Positions 17,203-25,780 of a stretch of DNA of 43,797 bases are shown here, one piece after another. The notes below the pieces were generated by a model. The model did no database searches. It was given only the letters and a program-made list of their open reading frames with translations, and had not been told where the DNA came from. Numbering within the stretch: position 1 is the first letter of the stretch; each line of letters begins with the position of its first letter. Source of the stretch: an uncultured Methanosarcinales archaeon (GTDB lineage Archaea; Nanobdellota; Nanobdellia; Woesearchaeales; JABIAG01); assembly GCA_964427985.1 (NCBI GenBank), contig CAYRWJ010000002.1:1-43797 (forward strand), in the 5' to 3' direction. A program made the translations under genes and the position numbers.

Positions 17203-18600
17203 TTACTTAAGAATTTCTTTTAAAATCTTTTTTACTTCTATTGGATTAGCAGCACCACGAGTTTTACGCATAACCACCCCTACAATAGCATGAAATGCTT
17301 TTTCATTACCACCTTTGAAATCTTCAACAGCTTTAGAAGATTCTTTAATGGCTTCTTCACATAAATTTTTCAATTCACCACTATCTGAAACAATTTTTAA
17401 CTTATTCTCTTTAACATATTGTTCAACATCAAAAGACTTTTCAATAAGTTTTTCTAATATTTTCTGAGCAACATTTTCAGTAATTGTCTTATTTTCAATA
17501 AGTTTTAACAAAGAAATTAATTGAGCTTCATCTAATTTAACCTCTTCTAAAGACTTCTTGTTATAATTTAAAACACGATTAAGTTCATGACGAATCCAAT
17601 TAACAGCTAAAGCGGGAGAAACATGTTCAACAGCTCTTTCAAATAATTCGGCTAATTCTTTTTCTTGAGATAATACTAAAGCATCTTCTTCTCGAATTTT
17701 ATGTTTTTCAACAAATTTTAAAGCTTTATCTCTAGCTAATTCTGGCATGTCTTGTTTTATTTCTTTAATTAAAGAATCTTCAATTTTAGTACTTGTTAAA
17801 TCAGGGTCAATAATATATCCATATTCTTCCTCTGTTTCTTTTTTTCTTAAAGAAATAGTAATTCCCGAATCAGCATCCCATGCACGAGTTTCTTGAACAA
17901 CCTCTTCTTTCTTTTGTCTATTAAGTTCATAATTTAAAGCACGTTCAATTTCTTTAAAACCAGTAATGTTTTTAATTTCAACTCGGGTATAACCTTTTTC
18001 TTTAATAGAAATATTAGCATCTGCTTTAATAATACAAGTTTCTATATCAAAAATTTTCAAATATTTTAAAACAGCAATAAGTTGTTTCATAAAATCTCGT
18101 GCCTCATCTGGACTAGTAAGTTCAGGTTCAGTAACTACTTCACAAAGAGGGTTTCCACTTCTATTGTAATCAACTAAAACATGATTAGAATTTGCCATGC
18201 CATCAGGATGAATTAAAGCAGCAGGGTCTTCTTCCATATGAACCCGAGTAATACTAACACTTTTACCCGATTTTAAATGAAGTTTACCTTTTATTCCCAA
18301 TGGAATTTCATATTGTGTTATTTGATAATTTTTTGCTAAGTCAGGATAAAAATAAGATTTTCTGCTAAAAATAAGATTTGAAGAAATTTCACATTCTAAA
18401 GCAAGAGCAAGTTTAAGAGCATATTTTAAAGCTGCTTTGTTAAGAACAGGTTTTGAACCAGGCATTCCTAAACAAACTTCACAAGTTCTTGTATTGGGTT
18501 CATTATTTCCTTGGGTAGGACAACCACAAAACAATTTAGTTTTAGTATTAAGTTGAACATGAATTTCTAATCCAATTACTACATCTGAAGTAAAGTTCAT
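17203..18600 (-). CDS. gatB: aspartyl/glutamyl-tRNA amidotransferase subunit B
   Basis: 465 aa. N-terminus VIGLEIHVQLNTKTKLFCGC, PGSKPVLN, and a C-terminal YqeY-like tail. Confidence 0.93.
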   Translation of the reverse strand: MNFTSDVVIGLEIHVQLNTKTKLFCGCPTQGNNEPNTRTCEVCLGMPGSKPVLNKAALKYALKLALALECEISSNLIFSRKSYFYPDLAKNYQITQYEIPLGIKGKLHLKSGKSVSITRVHMEEDPAALIHPDGMANSNHVLVDYNRSGNPLCEVVTEPELTSPDEARDFMKQLIAVLKYLKIFDIETCIIKADANISIKEKGYTRVEIKNITGFKEIERALNYELNRQKKEEVVQETRAWDADSGITISLRKKETEEEYGYIIDPDLTSTKIEDSLIKEIKQDMPELARDKALKFVEKHKIREEDALVLSQEKELAELFERAVEHVSPALAVNWIRHELNRVLNYNKKSLEEVKLDEAQLISLLKLIENKTITENVAQKILEKLIEKSFDVEQYVKENKLKIVSDSGELKNLCEEAIKESSKAVEDFKGGNEKAFHAIVGVVMRKTRGAANPIEVKKILKEILK

Positions 18601-19925
18601 TCTTCAACCTCGCTAGCAATTTGAATAATTTTTGATTCTTGTAACTGGTCACCAATAATCATAAACCCAATTGGAAGATTTTGTTTTCCAACCGGAATAG
18701 AAATGTGTGGGAGACCTGCAAGATTAGGACCGCAAGTAAGAACATCCATCATATAATTTTCTAAAGGTGTAAGTTTTTTAACATCTTCAATTTTAGGAGC
18801 AACATTAGGCATGGTTGGACTAACAAGAACATCATACTTCTTGAAAAGTTCTCTATGCTCATTAATTATCAAAGTTCTAATTTTAGCAGACTTAATATAA
18901 TAAGCATCTCTAAATCCAGACATTCGAGCAAAAGTACCAAGAATAATTCTTCTTTTAGCTTCTTCACTAAAATTTTCACTTCTTACTTTAGAAAAATATT
19001 CATTAAAAGAACCTTCAACTTTGTCTTCAGCACCATATCGCATACCACAAAGTTTAGAAAGATTTGTTGAAGCTTCAGATAACGCAATAATATAATAAAC
19101 AGAAATTCCATATTTAAAAGTTAAAGGCAAAGAAACTTCTTCAACAATAGCACCCTTATCTTTTAATTTACTAATTGTTTCTAAAAAAGCAGTTTTTACA
19201 TCTGGTTCAATTCCTGCTTGTAAAGATTCTTTAATTAATCCAATTTTCATACCTTTAATATCTTTATTAAGAAACGTAGAATATTGTTCCACTGGTTTGT
19301 TAATAGAAGTAGAATCCTTTTCGTCATAACCTGCAATTATTTCTAAAACTTCCGCACATTTAGCAACAGTTTTAGCAACAATCCCTAACTTATCTAAACT
19401 ATTACCATAATCAATAAGACCATACCTAGAAATCCTGCCATATGTGGGAGTAAAACCAACAACACCGCAATAAGCAGCAGGACAAGCAATACTTCCTCCT
19501 GTAGATTCACCAAAAGAAACATGATCAAAATCAGCAAGTTTAGTAATGCAAGCACTACCTCCCGAACTACCTCCTGTAACTCTCTCTTTATCAACAGGGT
19601 TTAAAGGCTGAATAAAACCAATGCCAGTATTCATAGAAAAACTACCAAAGCCAAACGCATCTTGGCTAGTCTTTCCAATAATTGTTGCACCTTCACTAAG
19701 AACTTTCTGAACAGCAGTAGCATGAAATACTGGTTTGTAACCTTTTAATATTTTACTTCCAGCAGTACTCTCCATATTCTTAACACAAATACTATCTTTA
19801 ACAGATATTTTAAGACCTTTAAGTTTACCTTCATTCTTTTCTTGAAGTTCTTGAATAACATTAAAACAATGATATTCTGCATTAATCTTTTCTAATTCCA
19901 TTTTAGATAGATTTTGGTCCAACAA
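18597..19925 (-). CDS. gatA: aspartyl/glutamyl-tRNA amidotransferase subunit A
   Basis: 442 aa. Amidase signature GGSSGGSACI. 4-nt overlap with gatB. Confidence 0.93.
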   Translation of the reverse strand: MLDQNLSKMELEKINAEYHCFNVIQELQEKNEGKLKGLKISVKDSICVKNMESTAGSKILKGYKPVFHATAVQKVLSEGATIIGKTSQDAFGFGSFSMNTGIGFIQPLNPVDKERVTGGSSGGSACITKLADFDHVSFGESTGGSIACPAAYCGVVGFTPTYGRISRYGLIDYGNSLDKLGIVAKTVAKCAEVLEIIAGYDEKDSTSINKPVEQYSTFLNKDIKGMKIGLIKESLQAGIEPDVKTAFLETISKLKDKGAIVEEVSLPLTFKYGISVYYIIALSEASTNLSKLCGMRYGAEDKVEGSFNEYFSKVRSENFSEEAKRRIILGTFARMSGFRDAYYIKSAKIRTLIINEHRELFKKYDVLVSPTMPNVAPKIEDVKKLTPLENYMMDVLTCGPNLAGLPHISIPVGKQNLPIGFMIIGDQLQESKIIQIASEVEE

Positions 19926-20190
19926 AATATCCCCCTTGTTTATTTTTAGTCTGAGAAAGTGCTTGTTCTTGAGTTAAACACTTCTTAGGAACGTCTTCTC
20001 TTAAAGCAGTACCCAATTTTACTGGTTGAATGGACATTTCAACATTATCAGTATTAACCTCTTCTATTTTAGAGAAAGCTTCAATAACATCATTTAAATC
20101 TTTTTTAAATTTTCCAATTTCTAAATCAGTAAGGTTAAGTCTAGCAACTTTTGCAATATTTTTAACAAGTTCAGTATCAAGTTTTATCAT
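19903..20190 (-). CDS. gatC: aspartyl/glutamyl-tRNA amidotransferase subunit C
   Basis: 95 aa. VKNIAKVARLNLTDLEIGKF is typical of GatC. Overlaps the gatA start. Confidence 0.85.
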   Translation of the reverse strand: MIKLDTELVKNIAKVARLNLTDLEIGKFKKDLNDVIEAFSKIEEVNTDNVEMSIQPVKLGTALREDVPKKCLTQEQALSQTKNKQGGYFVGPKSI

Positions 20191-20279
20191 TCCTTTTCAC
20201 TCCATTCTAAAACCCAAAAACGTAAAACGTTTTTTATGGTTTCATAATGATTAGAATAAACTGAGTTATTTAAAAGTTT

Positions 20280-21032
20280 TTATGTTTGGTCCCATAAATC
20301 TAAAAAGAATTTTTTATATCTATTAGCAATAATCTTAGATGTTGTAACTATGCCAATAGGTTCTGGATCCCAAATAAAAGTTGCTATCGAATTTCCATAT
20401 ATTAATGTAGATGTTGGAACATTTTGTTTAAAATATTTTATTTGTTTTAATTGAGTTTTATTAAAAAGAAAATCAATTTGTTTTTTCATGGTTATTGAAC
20501 ATAATAGTTTCATTTTAATTCCTTTTTCTGCTCTTTTTAAATGATGATTAATAATAAATTTATCAAAATTTGTTGATTGGTATATTTCTGGTTCAACAGA
20601 AATTGCATAATATTCATCACCTTTATTTAATTCTGATAAGATTGAAGAAAAAATAGTTTTAATACCTTTAATACCTTCATAAACTGTTGCAGTTTGTTGT
20701 GTTTTATGTAATTTCTGTTTTGCTTTAAGAATGGGAATGAGAGAATCTAATTTTTTCTCTTTTTTTATTAATTCTAATTTTTTCTCTTTTAAATATTTAC
20801 TAATTTGACTTGGATTAGATGCATCAAAATATTTTGTATTTTCTTTAATAACATAATTTACTAATCCTTTTTCTATTAATTTATCGAGCATTTCATAAAC
20901 TTTTGACCTTGCAACTTTTGCTTCTTTAACAATTTGTCCTGTTGAACTTTGTCCTAACGAAATTAGAGCTAAATAAACTTTGGCTTGCCCTTTTGTTAAT
21001 CCAATCTCAGTTAAAATATTAATTTCTTCCAT
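20280..21032 (-). CDS. TrmB-family transcriptional regulator
   Basis: 250 aa. N-terminal winged HTH LTKGQAKVYLALISLGQSSTGQIVKEAKVARSKVYEMLDKLIEKGLV. Confidence 0.8.
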   Translation of the reverse strand: MEEINILTEIGLTKGQAKVYLALISLGQSSTGQIVKEAKVARSKVYEMLDKLIEKGLVNYVIKENTKYFDASNPSQISKYLKEKKLELIKKEKKLDSLIPILKAKQKLHKTQQTATVYEGIKGIKTIFSSILSELNKGDEYYAISVEPEIYQSTNFDKFIINHHLKRAEKGIKMKLLCSITMKKQIDFLFNKTQLKQIKYFKQNVPTSTLIYGNSIATFIWDPEPIGIVTTSKIIANRYKKFFLDLWDQT

Positions 21033-21089
21033 TGTCCCCTCCTAAGAGGGAGATAGATTATATAAAGTGTTGGTTTTTCTTTTTATAAA

Positions 21090-22196
21090 ATGAAAAATGC
21101 AATAATTTTGATATGTCTGCTTTTGTTATTAATAGGGTGTCGGAGTATAACTGGAGATGTGGTAAAAGAAGAACAAATTGTTATAGGGGTTAGCTCTCCG
21201 GAAACTGGTTTTGGTGCAAGATTTGGAGAATATGTTAGAAATGGAATGGAACTCGCTTTAGAAAGATTACCTGAAGAAGAAAGAAATAATATAAAAATTG
21301 TTTATGAAGATGATCAATGTAACTCTGTTGAGGGATTTAATATAGCTAGAAAGTTAGTAGCTTTTGATAACGCCAAATTTGTTATAGGTCCTTTTTGTGC
21401 CGCAGTTGTTATTCCAACAACAGATTTTTACGAAGAAAATAAAGTTATAAGATTGGTTACGGGATTGGGAAATGAAGGTTTAAGAGATATAGGAAATCAC
21501 ACATTTGTTTTTTTGGGAGACACAAAAAGTTTAATGACCGCATTGGCAGAACACGCATATGAAAAGGGGGATAGAAAAGTTTCTGTTTTATATCTTCAAG
21601 ATGATTATGGACAAGAAAACATAAACCACTTTAAAAGAATATTTCAGGAATTGGGGGGTGCGGTTATTGCAGAAGAATCTTTTAATCCAAAATCCGTAAT
21701 GGATTATAGAACACAGTTAAAAAAGTTGCAGTCTAAAAATCCAGATAGCATATTTTTAATTGCAATCGGGGGATCGTTAGTTTCATCACTACAACAAATA
21801 GATGAGTTAGGTATTGAAACAAACATATACGGTATAAGAAATACAGAAGATCCTGAAATAATAAAGTCTGCAGGAAAGTTAATAGAAGGGGTTAGTTTTC
21901 CATCTATAACCGTAGAACCAATAACAAATGAAGGAAAGTGGTATTTGGAACAATATCTGGTTAAGTATGGCGAACCACATGAAGTAGTGTCAGCAAACGC
22001 GTATGATAGTTTTAACGTATTGTATAATGCAATAAAAGAATGTAATCAAAATGTTGAATGTGTTAAATTAAAGATAAATAAAATAAAAGATTATGAAGGA
22101 GTAAGCGGTACTTTTTCTATAGATTCAGATGGGTTTGCAATTAGACAACCAGTAATTAAAACTGTTAAGAATGGTGAGTTTGTTATTGTAAGTTAG
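21090..22196 (+). CDS. LivK/Leu-Ile-Val-type periplasmic substrate-binding lipoprotein (orphan, no permease nearby)
   Basis: 368 aa. Lipobox LLLIGC. The pattern IGVSSPETG...ARFGE...DDQCN...GPFCAAV is typical of type I binding proteins. Confidence 0.75.
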   Translation: MKNAIILICLLLLLIGCRSITGDVVKEEQIVIGVSSPETGFGARFGEYVRNGMELALERLPEEERNNIKIVYEDDQCNSVEGFNIARKLVAFDNAKFVIGPFCAAVVIPTTDFYEENKVIRLVTGLGNEGLRDIGNHTFVFLGDTKSLMTALAEHAYEKGDRKVSVLYLQDDYGQENINHFKRIFQELGGAVIAEESFNPKSVMDYRTQLKKLQSKNPDSIFLIAIGGSLVSSLQQIDELGIETNIYGIRNTEDPEIIKSAGKLIEGVSFPSITVEPITNEGKWYLEQYLVKYGEPHEVVSANAYDSFNVLYNAIKECNQNVECVKLKINKIKDYEGVSGTFSIDSDGFAIRQPVIKTVKNGEFVIVS

Positions 22197-22552
22197 AACT
22201 CATCTAAATCTTCAATCTTTTTTAAATATCCTTTTCTTTTTAAGAAAACAACTTGTGTAGGATTATATTTGTAAATAATATCTCCCTTCTTATCTCCACC
22301 AAACTCCCAGGGAAGAACAATAACAAAATTACCTTCACGAACCCATAAATGTTTTTTTAATCTGCCTGGAATCCTACAAATACGACTGTTACCATCTAAA
22401 CAACGAGCTCTAACTCTAGAAGCACCCAATCTTTGTTCAACTAATCCAAAAGTTTCACCTTCACGAGGAAGTTTAATTCTAACGGGCTGATCTGAAGGAG
22501 GTGCATTTCTTTTCAAATTTTTCTTTTGTGGCTTTTTCTTTTTCTTATACAT
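22193..22552 (-). CDS. eif1A: translation initiation factor aIF-1A
   Basis: 119 aa. S1-like core [48 protein letters not shown]. Confidence 0.9.
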   Translation of the reverse strand: MYKKKKKPQKKNLKRNAPPSDQPVRIKLPREGETFGLVEQRLGASRVRARCLDGNSRICRIPGRLKKHLWVREGNFVIVLPWEFGGDKKGDIIYKYNPTQVVFLKRKGYLKKIEDLDEF

Positions 22553-22636
22553 ACATAATAAAAAATTCTATTCGTTATATAAGTGTTTCGTTAAAAATAA
22601 GAAATCTTTTTAATAAAAATCAAACTTCTATGGTGG

Positions 22637-23734
22637 ATGATAGAAAAACTAGAAGCGGGACAAATAACACAACCCAAAAAAGAAAGTGGGGACTTGATGG
22701 CGAAAAAGGGTATAAGGGTTCCAGAAAGAAAATATTGTGGTAAAAATACTCTTTGGCGTAGTGAACATCCTCAAGATTATGCTGGAAGTTCTGATTTATT
22801 CCCTAATGTTCCAAATGATAGAAGATGGGATAAAGTTGAAAATCTTTGGTTAAAATTGACTGAAATTCAATCTGGTAAAGTTCAAAGAAAACTAGGCGAT
22901 ATTGCTATTCATTGTAATTTATTAAACTTAAAATTTTCAGATTTTATTTCTGAGTTAACTTATTCTCCTTGGGAAAAATTAAAAGGAATAAACCGAACAA
23001 TTTGTGCAGATCCAGCAATAAAAGGAAGATATCATGTTTTTGGAGTTAAACCTGAAGAGGGATATGCTGTGGTGGGAGATAAAACCTTGTGGGATGAGAA
23101 TGAAACTTTGAAAACTGTTGGTTCAAACGACATAGCCGGTTTCATAAACTTATATGAACAAGTAAGAGAATTATTTGGGGTAGATCAATGTCCGATTGTT
23201 GAAATTCAAAGTGTTAGAAATAAAGATGGAAGTTTTGACCATTTTGCATTACAAATACATGAAGGGAGATTATTTAGAGAAGCAGGATTTAAAATAGATG
23301 ATGTAATTGAAAAAAAATATGTTGAAGGACATTCTTTTAAACTTCCAAATGTTATAGGGGCAACAAGACCTGAAGGAGAAAGAGCAGTTTTAACTTTGGG
23401 TTATCCTACTGGTTTTATACATTCTCCAGAAATTATTGAAGAAGAAGCATCCAGTGTTTGTTCATCTCATCGTGTTGCGCGTCCTTTTTCAGAAATAATG
23501 TTTCGAAGAAGAAAACTACACCTTTTTTCATTTTTTAATGAATATGAGTCTGATCAAGAACTTGTAAGTCATTGTTCAAGAAATGCATTTATGAAACCTT
23601 CAGTTTCAATACCTGTTAAAAATGAAGATTTAGATAGGGATTTCTTAAATCCCATGTTTGAGGGAAAACTAACTCAAGTTAATGCAAGATTTGTTTCTGA
23701 TGGTAATACTTTATTACTTTCTTATGATGTTTAA
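22637..23734 (+). CDS. hypothetical protein, no family recognised
   Basis: 365-aa uninterrupted ORF with an ATG start. Arg/His/Trp-containing composition unlike the Lys-rich neighbours. An alternative start is MAKKGIRVPE at 22697. Confidence 0.6.
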   Translation: MIEKLEAGQITQPKKESGDLMAKKGIRVPERKYCGKNTLWRSEHPQDYAGSSDLFPNVPNDRRWDKVENLWLKLTEIQSGKVQRKLGDIAIHCNLLNLKFSDFISELTYSPWEKLKGINRTICADPAIKGRYHVFGVKPEEGYAVVGDKTLWDENETLKTVGSNDIAGFINLYEQVRELFGVDQCPIVEIQSVRNKDGSFDHFALQIHEGRLFREAGFKIDDVIEKKYVEGHSFKLPNVIGATRPEGERAVLTLGYPTGFIHSPEIIEEEASSVCSSHRVARPFSEIMFRRRKLHLFSFFNEYESDQELVSHCSRNAFMKPSVSIPVKNEDLDRDFLNPMFEGKLTQVNARFVSDGNTLLLSYDV

Positions 23735-23794
23735 TTTTAACAAAATTTAAATAACACTTAATTAAAATTAACTTAAACACTTGGGGGTGATGAT

Positions 23795-23959
23795 ATGTCA
23801 ATAGTAGTAAAAGCAAAAATAAAAGAAGTTGCAGAAAATTTTAATGTAGCAGGCGATTTTTCAGATGAGTTAGACAAAGTTGTAATGACTTTAGTTAAAA
23901 AAGCAACAGAAAGAGCAGAAGCAAATGGGCGAAGAACAGTAATGGCAAAAGACCTATAA
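23795..23959 (+). CDS. small histone-fold-like protein (DUF1931-like by eye)
   Basis: 54-aa ORF below the ORF-track cutoff. SD gggggtga lies 5-6 nt before the ATG. MSIVVKAKIKEVAENFNVAGDFSDELDKVVMTLVKKATERAEANGRRTVMAKDL has the helix-loop-long helix and ...NGR.T....DL ending that I associate with DUF1931/histone-fold proteins. Confidence 0.5.
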   Translation: MSIVVKAKIKEVAENFNVAGDFSDELDKVVMTLVKKATERAEANGRRTVMAKDL

Positions 23960-24445
23960 GGATGATTTAATCCTTTTTATTCTATTCTTAATTATTTTTA
24001 ATTGTTCAGGATTAACATTTTTTTGTTTTGATAATATTAAATATTTATTTTCTAATAATCGAACTTTTTTATGATAAATAATGTTTTTTGGAGAAGAGTT
24101 CTTTGTTTTAGTATTACTACCTTGTTTAACAAGTTCATCTTTTAAAATAGAAATCTCATCTTCAATCAATAAGTTTTTTTGTGTTAATAAGTTAATAACC
24201 TCTTTTAAGCTTTGAACGCGATTAGAATCAATAAGATTATTTCTAGCTAAATCTGTTTCTTTTTGTAAAGCAGTATTTATCAAATTCGGAAGTTTTTCAA
24301 GACCGGTTTTAGTTGGATTCTTTTTAAGTCTTTCAATATGTGCTTGAAGTACCATTTTAGCTCTTTCTCGCGCATTTAATCTTGTAGAAATAAGACCAAT
24401 CTTTTTAAGAAATACTTTTGCTTTATTTACACCTTGATGATTCAT
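23954..24445 (-). CDS. hypothetical basic coiled-coil protein
   Basis: 163-aa ORF. Its start overlaps the upstream stop (TAATG). Confidence 0.5.
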   Translation of the reverse strand: MNHQGVNKAKVFLKKIGLISTRLNARERAKMVLQAHIERLKKNPTKTGLEKLPNLINTALQKETDLARNNLIDSNRVQSLKEVINLLTQKNLLIEDEISILKDELVKQGSNTKTKNSSPKNIIYHKKVRLLENKYLILSKQKNVNPEQLKIIKNRIKRIKSSL

Positions 24446-24924
24446 TATTTAAAAAACCCCTTCTTCTCTTTTAATGGAGGAGGGGGCATATCTCCTGGAG
24501 GAGGAGGCAAGGTTTGATTTGAAAATTCATTAAAAACAGGTTCTGGGCCTGCAGGAATTCTAGGTTCGGGTAATGGTGGATTAACATTTTGCGGAATTGG
24601 GCGATGTGGTGTTTTAACAATATCTGCTAAAGCAAGAATGCCTTCTGCAATGTCATGATTTTGATCTTCTAAAATTTGCATTTTATCAATAATTGGTTGA
24701 ATTTTTTCTTCAAAACTACTTTCTTCAATCTTATCTTTTTCAATTTCTGTAGCAGCTACTTCAAATAACTGAAATAATTTTTCTAAACTAGAAGCTAATC
24801 TGTCTAAAGTATTAGAAATGGCAAAAGCGGGCGAACCTGCTTTTTCTTTTTTTAAACGTTCAATCTCTTCTTTAAGTTTTTTAACTTCTTTTAAAGGAAT
24901 AATTTCATAATCTTCATTAGCCAT
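24445..24924 (-). CDS. hypothetical coiled-coil protein with a Pro-rich C-terminus
   Basis: ATG at 24924 is preceded by SD aggtgat (the track start at 24933 is a GTG). MANEDYEIIPLKEVKKLKEEIERLKKEK, ending PPPPGDMPPPPLKEKKGFFK. Confidence 0.55.
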   Translation of the reverse strand: MANEDYEIIPLKEVKKLKEEIERLKKEKAGSPAFAISNTLDRLASSLEKLFQLFEVAATEIEKDKIEESSFEEKIQPIIDKMQILEDQNHDIAEGILALADIVKTPHRPIPQNVNPPLPEPRIPAGPEPVFNEFSNQTLPPPPGDMPPPPLKEKKGFFK

Positions 24925-24996
24925 ACATATCACCTACTTTTATTAGTTAAATATTAAATTGTTAGTATTTAAATGTTGCGTTAAGATAATAAAAAA

Positions 24997-25071
24997 CGGG
25001 CCTCACGAGATTCGAACTCGCAACCTTCCGATTAAGAGTCGGATGCTCTAACCAGATTGAGCTAGAGGCCC
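24997..25071 (-). tRNA. tRNA-Lys (anticodon CUU), no encoded CCA
   Basis: Reverse complement is GGGCCTC TA GCTC AATCTGGTTA GAGC A TCCGA CTCTTAA TCGGA AGGTT GCGAG TTCGAAT CTCGT GAGGCCC G. This gives a perfect 7-bp acceptor stem, 4-bp D stem, 5-bp anticodon stem and 5-bp T stem with a TTCGAAT loop. TATA tatttaaat lies about 30 nt upstream. Confidence 0.95.
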
Positions 25072-25179
25072 AATGAGTTTAGAAGTTTTTCTTGCATTTA
25101 AATAACTTTTCATCTATATTCTTTTCTAATATATATATTCTAAACTATAAATATTTAAAAACAAAACAAATAATGAAAA

Positions 25180-25195
25180 ACACAATATGTTGTGG
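25180..25195. promoter_or_regulatory. NrdR box 1
   Basis: acacaatatgttgtgg matches the NrdR-box palindrome acaCwAtATaTwGtgt at 14 of 16 positions. Confidence 0.7.
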
Positions 25196-25210
25196 TTCAG
25201 AATCAACAAA

Positions 25211-25226
25211 ACACAACATGTTGTAG
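25211..25226. promoter_or_regulatory. NrdR box 2
   Basis: acacaacatgttgtag contains the perfect palindrome acaacatgttgt. It lies 31 bp centre-to-centre from box 1, the tandem spacing typical of NrdR operators. Confidence 0.65.
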
Positions 25227-25287
25227 TAACTGTTCAGTAGGACAAACTACTTATTTTCCTTGAGTGAGTCTTGGAAACTATAAAGTC

Positions 25288-25314
25288 GGTCTCTCGCAAA
25301 GATTTGCGAGAACC
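25288..25314. promoter_or_regulatory. GC-rich perfect palindrome/hairpin just upstream of the nrdR start
   Basis: TCTCGCAA agat TTGCGAGA (25292-25311), flanked by gg/cc. It lies between a TATA-like aaactataaag (25275-25285) and the ATG at 25325. Confidence 0.45.
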
Positions 25315-25324
25315 ATTCATAATC

Positions 25325-25771
25325 ATGCGCTGCCCATATTGTTTAGATGAAAATACAAAAGTTGTAGATAAAAGAGATAGTGAAAACTTTACGCGAAGAA
25401 GAAGAGAATGTCTAAAATGTAAAAAAAGATTTACAACACACGAACGTGTTGAGAGTGTAGGTATGATTGTAGTAAAAAAAACTGGGGAAAGAGAACGTTA
25501 TGATCGAGACAAAATAAAAAGGGGATTAATACGTGCATGTGAAAAAAGAAAAATAACTTTGGAACAAATTGAAAACACTTTAGACAAAATAGAAACTGAA
25601 TTAAGAAAATCGAATTCAACTGAAATATCATCTTCCAAAGTAGGTAATGTAGTAATCAAATATTTAAAAAGATTAGATAAAGTTGCATATATTAGATTTG
25701 CATCAGTTTACAAAGATTTCAAAGATGTAGAAGAGTTTCAAGAAGAACTAAAGACATTGTTAAAGAGGTGA
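25325..25771 (+). CDS. nrdR: transcriptional repressor NrdR (zinc ribbon + ATP-cone)
   Basis: MRCPYCLDENTKVVDKRDS...RRRRECLKCKKRFTTHE is the NrdR zinc ribbon, followed by an ATP-cone (VVKKTGERERYDRDKIKRGL). The track's TTG start at 25271 was rejected. Confidence 0.9.
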   Translation: MRCPYCLDENTKVVDKRDSENFTRRRRECLKCKKRFTTHERVESVGMIVVKKTGERERYDRDKIKRGLIRACEKRKITLEQIENTLDKIETELRKSNSTEISSSKVGNVVIKYLKRLDKVAYIRFASVYKDFKDVEEFQEELKTLLKR

Positions 25772-25780
25772 GATAGAAAA

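Noticed and set aside
20219-20237. Inverted repeat aaaaacgt aaa acgttttt between the TrmB-family gene and gatC, as a riboswitch-like element
   Set aside because: It is an AT-rich 8-bp hairpin followed by a T-run on the minus strand. It is most simply the terminator of the TrmB-family gene, with no further conserved structure.
22501-22743. 80-aa plus-strand ORF spanning the aIF-1A 5' end and the next gene's start
   Set aside because: It overlaps two better-supported genes, has low-complexity sequence, and no promoter or SD.
23787-23793. gtgatga resembling a C box of a C/D sRNA
   Set aside because: No D box (CTGA) or terminal stem lies at the expected 50-60 nt distance. The motif doubles as the SD region of the 54-codon ORF.
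25271-25324. ORF-track N-terminal extension of nrdR from a TTG
   Set aside because: NrdR proteins begin at the zinc ribbon (MRCPYC). The extension would cover the palindrome and TATA-like element. Similar non-ATG extensions were trimmed at 1698, 10623, 11203, 15003, 15546, 24933, 30343, 34917 and 35507.
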